Origin: Marsupella aquatica
Lineage: Eukaryota; Plantae; Marchantiophyta
Reading direction: 5' to 3'
Assembly (NCBI GenBank): GCA_973895155.1
Contig: OZ316899.1
Location: 6,389,241 to 6,453,240, forward strand
Length of the DNA: 64,000 nt
A program made the position numbers and the translations under genes. Positions 61,692 through 64,000 of the stretch are shown here, in pieces (the stretch's first letter is position 1; each line of letters begins with the position of its first letter). The notes beneath the pieces were generated by a model. That model saw only the letters and a list, made by a program, of their open reading frames with translations, searched no databases and was not told the origin of the DNA.

Positions 61692-64000
61692 TTTTGCAAA
61701 TAATATTATAACACAGTTCTAACCAACAAGGTCCTTATATACCTCCAATGTTGATTAGAATAAATGAAGTCTCTTTTTTAATGTGTCCAAAAGTTGTTCA
61801 ATTGAAGGGCCATGGATATACCCAATGACACGCGTCACCCGTTGATTTGACCACGTGTCGACATACCAATGGATTGAGGTGTACGGGATTTGGGGGGAAG
61901 AGTACCCAAAGAGTGTTGTGTTCCCCCTTGCCCCTCCTACTTTGTAAGAGCCGTCCGATGTATGATGCCCAAGATCGGACGGCCAGGATTATCAGTGGGT
62001 CCAAGGGGCTAGCGAGACCGGGAGCGAGATAGTGCAGGAGGAGGGGACTCAATGAGGCAGGACAGGAGGGGTCTCCCAAGAGGTCCCAACTAGGGCCCCA
62101 CTTTCTCACTTTCTTTCAGGCTTTCTTTGCGAGTTCTTCATCGTCTACAGAGCTTGCGTGATCTTGGGCCAGGGTTTGGGTGAAAGTGTTTGACCCCGTG
62201 TTTGACCCAATGTTTGACGTTGGGCAGACTGCAAGATGGGCGGGGAGCTAGGGTGAGTTATTTTTTATAGCAAATGAAGGGTATTTTAAATTCCAAAATA
62301 TATCTGATTATAATAACATAGGTAGGTTTTATATAGGATTGAAAATTCTTTTTGGAACGAACAAGGTAAATTTAATGTTCCTCCAAAATATAACAAGGGG
62401 TACCTAGGGGGCCTTCGGATCATACTTCCTATTGGTCCAAAGTCAGACATCTTGAAGGTCAAATGGTGTGGAAACAACGCTTCAAAATCTTCATTCCATT
62501 ATTTGTCCGGAAATCTCGAATATCTCTTGGTTGCACCGGTTAGAGTCTCATAATATTAAGTGGGTCATTTCGAGTCCATTTTCAGACTTCTTTATATATA
62601 TCTTAACCGCATCGGAAAGAGATTTCCAACACACTTTACAGATCTTGATTTGGATAAATGGTTTGAGAGTTATGGTAATTTTTCTACCGGATGGTATGTC
62701 CAAACCGAATCAAAAACCGGCTCAAAAACCGGATGGAAACCGGTTCAAATTCCGGATGGAATAACTCTTCAATTTCCATCACTTAGTTGGTGTAATTTTT
62801 TCCATGAACTACTGGAAAGTGGGGTAACACAACCTTGATAAAAGATTGAGCTACTTGTTGCTGAAATGCACTGATTAATTCACCTTAGAATTAGCCGTCT
62901 AACTCAAATTTGTGAAAAGTTGGACCTCAATTCCAAAGTTAAACCTTTGCTTGAGGGGTTGAAGTAGGTCTCTCCTCGCTATCAGATTTTCCCAATACCA
63001 ATCCATTTATGGTTTTATTCATCTTTCACTATTGAGTCGGATGAGGGACCATAACATCTTTATATGCACCTTGGCATGATTCAAGCTTAATATACTCACA
63101 TATGCTTAAATAGTCATTCAAGGTCCTCAACATGGTCATGGAAAACTATTTTTTTCACATAAGATAACTTTTCTATCCTTAAGGGCTTAACCCCTCTATT
63201 ACACCTCTCTGGTGAGTAGTCCCTCCTCCTATCCGGGGAATAGTCCCTCCTCCTATCAAGCAAATAATCCCTACCCCTATCACAATGTCGGTATCTCCAA
63301 CCAACAATTGTATCCCCATCATTTGTGTCATTGGACAAGTCATAGATCACCATGTCCGACAACCCTAAATCTATGATATGAGCAAAGGGAATCAACCCTA
63401 CACAAAGCCAATCCCAGAAACCCTACAACTTATGATGTAACTCTAGTATTAACGTCGTCTTTTGCAAAAACCCTAAAATGTAACATCGCCCATAAACCCC
63501 TCTGATGTCAGTTACATCTTATTGAATGACGTTCTTACATATTAACGTCATTTTGGGTTAGGTTTCTCTACGGAACATTGAGTGCCAAATGACATAACAA
63601 ACGACGTAAATTGAGGGAAACGGCAAACCCGTGAGGTTAATTGTTTCCCCGGTCATTTCCTTTAGAAAACATTGGGGTCGTGTTTGAATGTGAATCACAT
63701 TTGACATTCCTCAATGCACCTCTAATCCTCACCTCTCCTGGTCTCCTCTACCTCACAGAATCGTCCGCCATGTCTCATCCAGGCTATCTTCCATGCAGTG
63801 TGAACTTTGATGTAGTGAAGGTGGGCATGGAGGATCCAAAGGATTTGGAGAAGGTGCATATAGCACTACGTTTGACACATTCACTAGTTCAGGCCTTCAA
63901 CCATAGCTTGCAATTCATGGGAGGGACAGGGAACGAAGGAGTCCAAGTTTATAGAGTACTTGGAGAGTATTGAGGCCAATGCTCCCACCCAAGAGGAGGA

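Noticed and set aside
63114-63973. RRRDYSP-repeat ORF and terminal ORF as host genes
   Set aside because: A short 24-bp repeat-derived frame and a stop-interrupted ORF at the window edge; insufficient evidence.

Overview
This is a eukaryotic, transposon-saturated window with no recognisable intact host gene, rRNA, tRNA or CRISPR array. GT-AG introns, TTTAGGG telo-boxes, a Bianca-type Copia and the protein families point to an early-diverging land plant, probably a liverwort (inference). It is a stack of nested elements. These are a 3' CACTA fragment, a large Mutator-like element (GCM-type Zn domain, DDE core, SWIM) broken by a TSD-less 4.35-kb insert and a truncated L1, and a complete Bianca Copia that holds a full-length L1 (itself holding a 2.3-kb solo LTR) and a TTAA MITE. 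A Plavaka-type transposase fragment and several retroelement accessory-type ORFs complete the set. The best candidate for an undescribed system is a spliced, transposon-borne gene present as two diverged decayed paralogues (1-3001 + and 9054-12971 -). Combined, they encode a ParB/Srx-like N-terminal domain, a helical middle region and a beta-class N4C/N6A DNA-methyltransferase-like C-terminal domain. A conserved ~100-aa ORF follows immediately through a TAATG stop/start overlap. The host elements carry family-specific 14-15-bp motifs confined to introns and intergenic DNA (palindrome TAGCGCCNGGCGCTA; GAGACCCTCGCCRA), recalling VANDAL/VANC anti-silencing. All domain calls are by-eye motif recognition, not database searches.
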